From Oligoflexales bacterium (GTDB lineage: Bacteria > Bdellovibrionota_B > Oligoflexia > Oligoflexales > Bog-1112), in NCBI GenBank assembly GCA_045105515.1, contig JBGCDR010000377.1, forward strand, positions 1 through 14,978: a stretch of DNA of 14,978 nucleotides, read 5' to 3'. Position 1 is the first letter of the stretch. The number at the start of each line of letters is the position of its first letter. The notes beneath the pieces are model-generated. The model was not told where the DNA came from and searched no databases. It saw only the letters and a list, made by a program, of their open reading frames with translations. A program made the position numbers and the translations under genes. Positions 7,367 through 14,838 of the stretch are shown one piece after another.

Positions 7367-10300
7367 ATGGCTGAAGAACCAATATTTAGGATACCGATAG
7401 ATTTTCTATTTGACTCGGTTTGCGAGAAATTCAAGCTAGGTAATGATGCTGATGACATCAAAGCCTATCTGAGGAAATCTGGCATCGATGAAGATACGAT
7501 CAGCCATTTATTAGAACGGTTCTTCTCAGAGTTTAATGCGCAAGAACAAAACGATGTTCTAACTGACAGTAGACAACAAAATGAATGGTACGGAGGACCT
7601 AAAGAAGACAGTAATTCGCACTGGGTACGCCTAAAAGAAATCCTATGCAATAAAAAAAATTGGACAGAAGAGATGATTGATGCATTGGACTCAGCATCAA
7701 CCTCTGTAATGAAGAAGATCGCAAGCCCTAATTCAGTAAGCCAGTTTAGTCGCGTTCATGTGAAAGGCCTTGTTCTTGGCTACGTACAAAGTGGTAAAAC
7801 AGCGAATTACTCCGCCGTAATCTCAAAGGCCATTGATGCAGGTTATAAGTTCATAGTGGTACTAGCCGGTATACACAACAACCTGCGATACCAAACAGAA
7901 GTAAGACTCAAAGAAGAGATTATTGAGCCAAACGAGACAACATGTATAACGCTTACCAGGACCGATAAGAACGGGGACTTCTCAAAAAAGGAATCAACTA
8001 GTGCCAACAAAGCCTGTGGGCAGCCTCATGGCTTTTCAATGGCAGTTATTAAAAAGAATGCCTCAGTCTTGCGTAGTTTCAACTCATGGCTATCATCCGC
8101 AAAACAAGAGCATCTAGAATCCTGCCCAATTCTTATTATTGACGACGAGTCCGATCAAGCCAGTATCAATACCAGCAAAGATCCAGAGCTGAATCCCTCT
8201 GCGATCAATGGAGCTATAAGAAAAATCATGGGTCATTTTAAGGTCGCTAGCTACGTGGGTTACACGGCGACTCCATTTGCAAATATGCTAGTTGAGGCAG
8301 CTATTGAGGATGATCTGTACCCAAAAGATTTCTTCATTTCACTTCATAAGAGCCCGTCATATACGGGAGCGGAAGAACTATTTGGTTCCTATGACCTCGA
8401 TGATCGCACTGTAAAACCTGGCCTGCCAATAGTCAGGGAAATTGACTTTGACGAAGCCAATCACGTTCGGCAAGTTAGCAAACCGCGATCAAGAGAAAGT
8501 TACGCATTGGGCGACAGCCTCAAAGAGGCAATAGATGGCTTTCTTCTTGCCTGCGCTACGAGGATCGCCAGAAAACACTGGAACCGACACTTCTCGATGT
8601 TAGTTCATTGCACGCAAAAAGTCTCTGTTCAACAAGAGATATTCGATCAAATTGAACAATATATTTCAGACATAAAATTTTCATATTTGCGCAACGATGA
8701 AGGATTACAGACTCGTTTGGAGAATCATTGGAACACTGATTACTCTTTTACCACTAAGAATATCGATCCCAGCATTGAAGTTCATTCATTTGAAGCCATT
8801 TGGACCAACCTTCAAAATGTTATTGATCATCTTCAGGTGGTTTTGGACAACAGCAAATCAGATAAGCGTCTTTCGTACGAAGAAAAGTTCTGGGGTATAG
8901 TAGTCGGTGGAAACACTCTTTCGCGCGGCCTCACTCTTGAAGGCCTGATGATGAGCTACTTCGTTAGGACTTCAAATTATTATGACTCACTCATGCAGAT
9001 GGGGCGCTGGTTTGGGTATCGTAGAGGATATTTAGATCTAATCCGGATATACATGACAGATGATTTGAAGGAGCGTTTCTTTCACTTAGCCAACGTTGAA
9101 AATGAAATCCGAGAAGAAATCCATACAATGGCTGAGAATGGCGATCGACCCATCGATGTCGGCACGAGAATCAGAACTCATCCTGGAATGACGGTAACAA
9201 ATGCAATGAAAATGCGTTCTGCTGACGTGAGCAATATGTCATTTTCATGTACAAAAGTTCAGCCGACCTACCACAATATTACATCCGAAACTTTGGAGAT
9301 AAATAGTCAAGCCGTTCATCAACTACTAGATGACATTATCTCGTATGGCGGCTCTAAGGTTGATAGTAAGTTCACACGGTTCTCGGATTCGCATCTCTTC
9401 AGAGGCATATCACCCGAAGTTGTTCTTCAGTTTCTTGATTCTTATTCGATCAGCCCTGCCAATATACGGTTTTCAGCAGAAAGGGTTTCCGATTACATCA
9501 CCCAGGTAGTGGAGGCCAACGAACTGCGGGACTGGTCCGTAGCATTTGTATCTAAAATAAAAGCATCCCATCATGCAAACTTAAGCCACGGCGTACGGCT
9601 AGGGCTTTCCGATCGATCTATATCTGAAGGTCTGGTTTCGGAATTAGATCGCGGAGCGCGCTACATTAAACGTGTTGCGACACCAATTGACGAATTTATT
9701 GACCTCGGTGATTTGGTCGAAAACTGCCCTACTGATGTGGACGCATTTACCCAGATAGAGGGTGTAAAGCACGGTATTGGGTACTTTAGAAGGAAGTATA
9801 GACCCAAAGACAGGGGTCTACTTCTTATCTATGCAATAAACCCAGAGAGTAACCTAGAGGAGCGTAGAGTCTCCTCATCACCTTATCCCCTAGTTCCACT
9901 TAAGGCGCCCGACATTGTTTATGGGGCGTGTTTTGTACTTCCAGAAACAGCTAGTGACAGGGGTTCAGTGAGCTATGTTGTAAATCGATCAATTGGAAGA
10001 CAACCGATTAAACATATTCAGCCATTCACAAAACCACAAGTAGCGAAAGAAACTCAAAAAGAGACTGTTGTTGAAAAAACAATCGCTAACGACCCCAAAG
10101 TTATCCAACTATCCAAGTCTCGTTTCCAGGCGGGTCTTCAGTGTCCGAAACGTCTGTTTCTAGAATGCCATCAATACGATCAAAGAGATGAGGTGACAAC
10201 TGCTCAAGAGTCGATCTTTGAGACGGGTCAAAAAGTCGGAGAGCTGGCACAAAAGAGATTCCCGAATGGCAAGCTGGTTGTTTTCGGTGCGTTTCATCAA

Positions 10301-11605
10301 AAAGAAGCCAATGAAGCGACTGAGAAGTGGCTAAAAGATGATTCCGTAGAATCAATTTACGAGGCTGCGTTTACCCATGACAACATAAAAGTCCGAGTCG
10401 ACATTTTGAACAAATTAAGCTCCACCGAGGTGGATATCGTTGAGGTCAAATCATCATCCAGGGTTAAAGAGGAGCACTATACTGACTTAGCTGTTCAAGC
10501 TTATGTCGTCGAAGGGGCTGGTTTAAAGGTAAGGAAATGCTTTTTGATGCATATCGACTCGTCCTATGAGTACGAGGGCGGCAAATACGACCTTGAAAAG
10601 TTATTCGCGCTTGATGAAGTAACCAACGAAGTAAAAAACCTACAAGATATGGCCTCAGACCGCCTATCCGAGATGTGGTCAGTTATTAAACAGGATGATG
10701 TCCCAGATGTGGAAACTGGGCCACATTGCAAAAAACCGTATCAATGTTCCTACTACCAATTTTGCAGAAAAGATTGGCCAAAGGATCATGTGAGCACACT
10801 TCCCCGTGCATCTATGAAATTAGTTGTTGACTTAACCTCTAACGGTATTACCACCATTAGGGAGATTCCAGATAAATATAAGGGCCTTACTCTTACACAG
10901 CAGCGTGTACGGGAAAGCATTGTCCATAACAAAGTATATTGCGAGACCGAGCTAAAATCAGCGCTTCAGATTCTCGAAGCACCACAATTCTTTATCGATT
11001 TTGAAACGATCAACCCGGCTTTGCCGTTGTTCAAATCAACTCGCCCATTCCAACAGCTACCATTTCAGTGGTCAGCTCACATTAGAGATAATGGAAAAGA
11101 TCTTCGTCATGAAGGGTTTTTAGCGCAAGGGAATGAAGATCCTAGAAGAGAGTTCATTGAGACCTTGTTAAACATTCTAGGGGAACAGGGAGCAGTACTT
11201 GTATACTCATCTTTTGAAAAAACTTGCCTAAATGCGATTGCTGCAAAGTATCCGGAATACCAAGAAGCAATTGACAATGTCTGTTCTCGGATGACCGACC
11301 TGTTAGCGCTAATACGCAGGCATTTTTATCATCCCAATTTTAATGGTTCATTTTCTATCAAGAAAGTATTGCCGGCACTAGTGCCTGATTTAAGCTACGC
11401 AGGCATGGAGATTGGCGACGGAGCAACTGCAGCAATGTCCTTTGTTAAGATTATCGAAAGTTCAATTTCCGGAAAGGAAGAGCAGAAAGTACGAAAAAAC
11501 CTACTTGAGTATTGCAAGCTGGATACACTAGCGATGGTAAAGGTGCTGGATGCCTTAATTGCATCGGATGAAAAAAAGGGGGGTCGGATAACTGCCAATT
11601 CATAG
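7367..11605 (+). CDS. Fusion protein: Z1-domain SF2 helicase-like ATPase (MzaB-like, aa ~1-873) + linker + Cas4/RecB-like PD-(D/E)xK Fe-S nuclease + DUF2779/RNase H-like domain (aa ~915-1412)
   Basis: Z1 family motifs: Walker A 'GLVLGYVQSGKTANY', Walker B 'LIIDDESDQAS', 'YVGYTATPFAN', 'LYPKDF', 'VGGNTLSRGLTLEGL', 'MQMGRWFGYRRGY', ending 'YVVN'. Second half: 'LSKSRFQAGLQCPKRLFL', 'VRVDIL...IVEVKSS...DLAVQAY', 'CKKPYQCSYYQFC', 'FIDFETINPALP...PFQQLPFQWSAH', 'GSFSIKKVLPAL', 'LLEYCKLDTLAM'. Confidence 0.88.
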   Translation: MAEEPIFRIPIDFLFDSVCEKFKLGNDADDIKAYLRKSGIDEDTISHLLERFFSEFNAQEQNDVLTDSRQQNEWYGGPKEDSNSHWVRLKEILCNKKNWTEEMIDALDSASTSVMKKIASPNSVSQFSRVHVKGLVLGYVQSGKTANYSAVISKAIDAGYKFIVVLAGIHNNLRYQTEVRLKEEIIEPNETTCITLTRTDKNGDFSKKESTSANKACGQPHGFSMAVIKKNASVLRSFNSWLSSAKQEHLESCPILIIDDESDQASINTSKDPELNPSAINGAIRKIMGHFKVASYVGYTATPFANMLVEAAIEDDLYPKDFFISLHKSPSYTGAEELFGSYDLDDRTVKPGLPIVREIDFDEANHVRQVSKPRSRESYALGDSLKEAIDGFLLACATRIARKHWNRHFSMLVHCTQKVSVQQEIFDQIEQYISDIKFSYLRNDEGLQTRLENHWNTDYSFTTKNIDPSIEVHSFEAIWTNLQNVIDHLQVVLDNSKSDKRLSYEEKFWGIVVGGNTLSRGLTLEGLMMSYFVRTSNYYDSLMQMGRWFGYRRGYLDLIRIYMTDDLKERFFHLANVENEIREEIHTMAENGDRPIDVGTRIRTHPGMTVTNAMKMRSADVSNMSFSCTKVQPTYHNITSETLEINSQAVHQLLDDIISYGGSKVDSKFTRFSDSHLFRGISPEVVLQFLDSYSISPANIRFSAERVSDYITQVVEANELRDWSVAFVSKIKASHHANLSHGVRLGLSDRSISEGLVSELDRGARYIKRVATPIDEFIDLGDLVENCPTDVDAFTQIEGVKHGIGYFRRKYRPKDRGLLLIYAINPESNLEERRVSSSPYPLVPLKAPDIVYGACFVLPETASDRGSVSYVVNRSIGRQPIKHIQPFTKPQVAKETQKETVVEKTIANDPKVIQLSKSRFQAGLQCPKRLFLECHQYDQRDEVTTAQESIFETGQKVGELAQKRFPNGKLVVFGAFHQKEANEATEKWLKDDSVESIYEAAFTHDNIKVRVDILNKLSSTEVDIVEVKSSSRVKEEHYTDLAVQAYVVEGAGLKVRKCFLMHIDSSYEYEGGKYDLEKLFALDEVTNEVKNLQDMASDRLSEMWSVIKQDDVPDVETGPHCKKPYQCSYYQFCRKDWPKDHVSTLPRASMKLVVDLTSNGITTIREIPDKYKGLTLTQQRVRESIVHNKVYCETELKSALQILEAPQFFIDFETINPALPLFKSTRPFQQLPFQWSAHIRDNGKDLRHEGFLAQGNEDPRREFIETLLNILGEQGAVLVYSSFEKTCLNAIAAKYPEYQEAIDNVCSRMTDLLALIRRHFYHPNFNGSFSIKKVLPALVPDLSYAGMEIGDGATAAMSFVKIIESSISGKEEQKVRKNLLEYCKLDTLAMVKVLDALIASDEKKGGRITANS

Positions 11606-11631
11606 TTTAGGTCGTTTTTGGCGAGGATAGA

Positions 11632-12438
11632 ATGAACGACGAGAAATCTGTATCTGAAATTAATAATTCAGAAACCAAAAAAGGGGTTGTAGAAACACCC
11701 AAAGATGGGGATTTAGTCCCATCAAAGACATCGTCCAAAAATATTTCTCCTGATTGCACTTGCTACTTCAAAAGCGTTGAGGCTTGGTCAAGTTTCGCGT
11801 GGCCACTTACATTTCTAATTGTATTTTTTGTATTGGTAACAAGGTTTAGAACACACGTTGAGAAATTGTTCGAAAAAATTGAAGAAGCAAGTTTTCCAGG
11901 GGGAAATGTTAAATTCAGGAATGCTGCCGAGGCTGTTTCTACTGGCGCTGACCTAGAAACAGTCGAAAATGAGCCTGATCATAAGGAGGAAAATGGACAG
12001 TTATCGGTACCTACTTCGCCTACTTTGTCCGAATACTTTAAATTATTGAAAATCAGAGTTCCGGCCTTAAAGAATTTTAAATTTATACCTAGTCCACATG
12101 TCGATCGATTGCTAGGTAGAGGGGGGCGGAGGAAGTCTCCACCGATAGTCCTTGACGGTGGTTTTTCTAAAGAAAATGAAATTGTGTTTGTGAACGTAGC
12201 ACTGACCAGAAGAGTGCTAGATAAAAAACAAAAAGACCTTTTCAATGCTATAAAACTGTTTCGTGGTCGATTTCCAGACTTTCCAGTTTACGGAATTTTA
12301 GTGACCGAGATAAATGCAATAGAATCAGAGGGGACCTATTGTGTAGCAAAAATGAGTCGAAAAGATTGTTCATTGGATCTAGAAAATGAGTCGTTAGTCC
12401 ATTCAATGATAATTTCGGCTTTGTACGCTCAAGAATAA
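11632..12438 (+). CDS. Hypothetical single-pass membrane protein; the C-terminal domain may be a degenerate restriction-endonuclease-like fold
   Basis: GAGGA RBS; starts 26 bp after the fusion gene. Hydrophobic helix 'WSSFAWPLTFLIVFFVLVTRF' is followed by 'IEEASFPGGNVKF'. C-terminal 'IVLDGGFSKENEIVFVNVALT...VYGILVT'. Confidence 0.7.
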   Translation: MNDEKSVSEINNSETKKGVVETPKDGDLVPSKTSSKNISPDCTCYFKSVEAWSSFAWPLTFLIVFFVLVTRFRTHVEKLFEKIEEASFPGGNVKFRNAAEAVSTGADLETVENEPDHKEENGQLSVPTSPTLSEYFKLLKIRVPALKNFKFIPSPHVDRLLGRGGRRKSPPIVLDGGFSKENEIVFVNVALTRRVLDKKQKDLFNAIKLFRGRFPDFPVYGILVTEINAIESEGTYCVAKMSRKDCSLDLENESLVHSMIISALYAQE

Positions 12439-12725
12439 TTGTTCAATTTCGACTATTTGTAAGTTAGTTGCCCAGCAGACCTCGAATAATTGGGGTAAGA
12501 CTCTTAATTTGAAGGCTATTCGCTACAGATACTAACTAGAAAGAGCCTTTTAAAGGTCAGCGCCAGCCAAAACGTGTCGGCGCCCCTTTAACAGCAGATT
12601 GGTCGATGATATTCCGAGTAGAATATTGCATCACACCACCCATGCCGCACATAAAATATTGATAGTCTAACCTTGGGTTAATACGTTTGCCTACACGGGA
12701 AAAACTGGCGCCGTCTATGAACGTA

Positions 12726-12851
12726 AGCGGGGAATGAGCGGGGACACAATGCAGAAACATGCTAAATCATAGGGTACGATGACGAAGGATGACGAACTGT
12801 TTTCTCCATGCTTTTAATGCGATTATTCGTGTTTTCAAACACTTATTGAAA
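12726..12851. other. Putative att-arm region: candidate integrase arm-type/excisionase direct repeats and an IHF-like site
   Basis: AGCGGGGA x2 (12726-33, 12737-44; 11-bp period). GATGACGAA x2 (12778-86, 12788-96; 10-bp period). TTTCAAACACTTA (12833-45) has one mismatch to the IHF consensus WATCAANNNNTTR. All lie immediately inside the tmRNA-derived core. Confidence 0.5.
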
Positions 12852-12857
12852 CAACTT

Positions 12858-12888
12858 GACGCGGGTTCGATTCCCGCCGCCTCCACCA
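12858..12888 (+). other. ssrA: Isolated 3' end of tmRNA (ssrA): probable att core (displaced fragment) at the island boundary
   Basis: GAC-GCGGG-TTCGATT-CCCGC-CGCCTCC-ACCA: short GAC variable region, T-arm, acceptor 3' strand with U70 (G3.U70 Ala identity) and A73-CCA. No matching GGGGGCG 5' end lies at tRNA or tmRNA distance upstream, or just downstream. Confidence 0.85.
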
Positions 12889-12921
12889 ACCGTAACCCAC
12901 TGTAAAAACGAAAAAAAATAC

Positions 12922-12949
12922 TGTTATTCCGAGCGAAGTCGAGGAATCC
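12922..12949 (+). repeat. REP-like palindromic element (GTCATTCCGAGCG...CGAGGAATC type)
   Basis: tgttattccgagcgaagtcgaggaatcc has an ATTCC/GGAAT stem and resembles the widespread GTC-headed REP/RPE-like repeats. Single copy in this window. Confidence 0.55.
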
Positions 12950-13113
12950 CCCACAAGAATTTCTTTTTAGTGATCTGATTTTATTAGTTAAAAGTACATT
13001 TTTTGATATATTATAAAATTACATAACCCACCATAATACTAGCCAATATTTTTCAGCAAAATGAAAACCGTCAATAAATAGTCAATGTCTGATTGGTTGA
13101 TGAGTTGATTTGC

Positions 13114-13443
13114 CTAGTCACAAAAAGAAATCAGCCCTACCTCAGCCCGTGATGCAATCTCCAAAATTTTGAGGTATTTGGTAAAGCTCGCTCCAGCACC
13201 ATTTCCAGAGTATTTTGTAGCCAACCCTTTTGCCTCTTTAAGCAAATCATTCACTTGAGGTGAATTTATTCGAACATCCTCATAGAAGCTAAAGGCAAGC
13301 ACTAGATTTGCTCTTCCAAACAGAATCGAAATATCGCGATGCTCTGCTAAAGATATTTGTCCTATTAAGATTAGTTTTTCTCCATACTCTTCAGGATATT
13401 CAGGATCGGCAAGATCATCTTCGATTGTATAGAAATCCAGCAT
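13114..13443 (-). CDS. Hypothetical protein, 109 aa, acidic N-terminus
   Basis: ATG with upstream AAGGA; globular-looking composition ending 'GLISFCD'. No family assigned. Confidence 0.7.
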   Translation of the reverse strand: MLDFYTIEDDLADPEYPEEYGEKLILIGQISLAEHRDISILFGRANLVLAFSFYEDVRINSPQVNDLLKEAKGLATKYSGNGAGASFTKYLKILEIASRAEVGLISFCD

Positions 13444-13687
13444 TATGGCTTCAAATCCTTCGCAAGATTATAACTAGGTTATTAAGACTTATAATCCTCA
13501 AACTCCCAATATCCGTAAAATAAAATTATAACTTTGGTTTCACTCTTTAAGTCCTATAAATGGGATTTCTATTTTTTGTCATTGCCGCAAATCCACTTTT
13601 CGAGCATTTACAGACATCTAAAATAAAAAATAACTTAATACGATTTTTAAGAAATAGGAAATTAGGATTTTTTTCCATATTAACTTT

Positions 13688-14416
13688 TCAAAACTTAGGC
13701 AACTTGCCTTCTTTTACCAAGTCTAAATAAATGTTTTTTGGAAGTTGTACAAGAATGGGATTTCTATTCTTTTCTAAAGAATTGAATAAAAAATTGATAT
13801 TTTCAAAAGACATAGCTGTACAGCCACCAGTTCCAGTTTTAGAATGATTCCAAATATGCAAAAAAATTTGAGATCCGAAACCTCGGATAGTTTGATAAAT
13901 ATTATGATTAACGACAAACCCTCTTAAATATAGGGGTTCATAACCCATTTTTTCACTAGTCTTCCAGTTGATATCGACTTTTTCCCTATCGACAATTCTA
14001 TTATAAAGTTGTGAATCAGGATCATCGACGGCTTCAATAGATTCACTGAGTTCAAGATATGGCATTTTGAGGTCTTGAAAATATTCTCGATTTGTATGAC
14101 CAAATGCAGTATCTAAAGTAAAAATACCAGCGGGACTTTTGTTATCTCCCTCTTTCTTAATAGGACCATCGAGATTGAATTTTTTTATACCTCTTCCCCA
14201 CCCCATTCCATTCTTACCCACAACGACATCAAACTTTCTGCTGCATTTCCAAACAGAATCGGTATCACTATGCTCACAATAACTTAGTTTCCCCTCATAA
14301 TCTTCCCACCCGTTTGTTATTACGACTAAAAGTTGACTGCTGGATTTAGGGACCAAATGCCCGAAAGATGATATTGAAATGCTAAACTGGAAAATGAAAA
14401 AGACAAATTTTGACAT
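13688..14416 (-). CDS. L,D-transpeptidase (YkuD-like) family exported protein
   Basis: 'VVVGKNGMGWG', 'KKEGDNKSPAGIF', catalytic 'GSQIFLHIW...TGGCTAM' (H...C). Signal-peptide-like N-terminus from ATG 14416, which has a GAAGGGG RBS. Confidence 0.88.
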   Translation of the reverse strand: MSKFVFFIFQFSISISSFGHLVPKSSSQLLVVITNGWEDYEGKLSYCEHSDTDSVWKCSRKFDVVVGKNGMGWGRGIKKFNLDGPIKKEGDNKSPAGIFTLDTAFGHTNREYFQDLKMPYLELSESIEAVDDPDSQLYNRIVDREKVDINWKTSEKMGYEPLYLRGFVVNHNIYQTIRGFGSQIFLHIWNHSKTGTGGCTAMSFENINFLFNSLEKNRNPILVQLPKNIYLDLVKEGKLPKF

Positions 14417-14580
14417 TTTTTCCCCTTCAAGAAAATTAGTTAAGTATATTAGCATTGTTAGCAAGATATTCAAACCACCTAAAAATAGTTGCCCAAATTG
14501 AAGTTTTCTACTTTTTATAACTAAGTTTTACCGTGCTACGTTTTCCGCTTTGGAGCGAATAAAAAACCACTTTCAGGATG

Positions 14581-14631
14581 ATTAAAGTGTTTTGCTATCT
14601 ATTTGACAAAAAGATAGCAAACTGTTATCAA
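14581..14631. promoter_or_regulatory. Overlapping divergent sigma70-like promoters centred on a 31-bp near-perfect palindrome (candidate operator)
   Basis: Palindrome TTTGCTATCT-A-TTTG-A-CAAA-A-AGATAGCAAA (14591-14621). Plus strand: TTGACA (14603-08)-N17-TATCAA with an extended TG. Minus strand: TTGTCA (14609-04)-N17-TTTAAT (14586-81). Confidence 0.65.
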
Positions 14632-14682
14632 TACAGCCTTTTTTTAAAAAACATCATATAGTTCAAGACAGAGAATTTAGCT

Positions 14683-14838
14683 ATGAAATTTAGTACCTTG
14701 GTTCATCGATACCCTAGTAAAAAGAAGAAACCACACTATAATCTCTTAAGATCACAAATTTTAAGAGTCATAGGGGTACTGGCTTTATGTATAAACCTCC
14801 CCTTCAAAACCGAGACTCTCGCTAGCAACTCAGAACCC
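14683..14838 (+). pseudogene. 5' part of a probable exported-protein gene interrupted by an IS21-family insertion
   Basis: ATG downstream of the promoter. A basic N-region and hydrophobic stretch (KKKK...ILRVIGVLALCINLPF...TLA) run into the IS end at 14839, so the last ORF codons are IS-derived. Confidence 0.5.

Larger units (their letters stand above)
1..12888. mobile_element. Distal part of a tmRNA-integrated genomic (defence) island; integrase and intact ssrA are expected left of the window
   Basis: Orphan ssrA 3' fragment with arm-like repeats on its left side; defence-type cargo (WYL, RM, Z1); visibly more AT-rich sequence right of 12890. No integrase is present in the window. Confidence 0.7.

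Noticed and set aside
10109..11605. CRISPR-Cas locus suggested by the Cas4-like domain
   Set aside because: No repeat-spacer array and no cas1/cas2 or effector genes in the window. The domain is part of a DUF2779-type module.
3648..11605. Calling the locus BREX, DISARM or Mza
   Set aside because: No PglZ/BrxC, DrmA/DrmB, MORC/MutL ATPase, DUF4420 or AIPR genes are visible. Only individual component families are shared.
12556..12715. Retron msr-msd interpretation of the structured element
   Set aside because: No reverse transcriptase lies adjacent or anywhere in the window.
12557..12760. 67-aa minus-strand ORF
   Set aside because: No clear RBS or motif. It overlaps the att-arm repeats and the structured element, which explain the region better.
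12122..12888. Full-length tmRNA using GGGGGCG at ~12122 as its 5' end, or a permuted two-piece tmRNA
   Set aside because: The span would be about 770 nt, roughly twice a normal tmRNA, and that GGGGGCG lies inside a CDS without the expected downstream D-loop-like motif. No 5' piece follows the CCA, as a permuted gene would need.
1738..13523. Shadow ORFs 1738-1953, 2822-3091, 3467-3700, 3642-3902, 3688-4062, 4630-4824, 7465-7650, 8697-8900, 10101-10355, 11395-11598, 11979-12245, 13308-13523 (also 16-201)
   Set aside because: They overlap better-supported reading frames in antisense or alternate frames and show no recognisable motifs.
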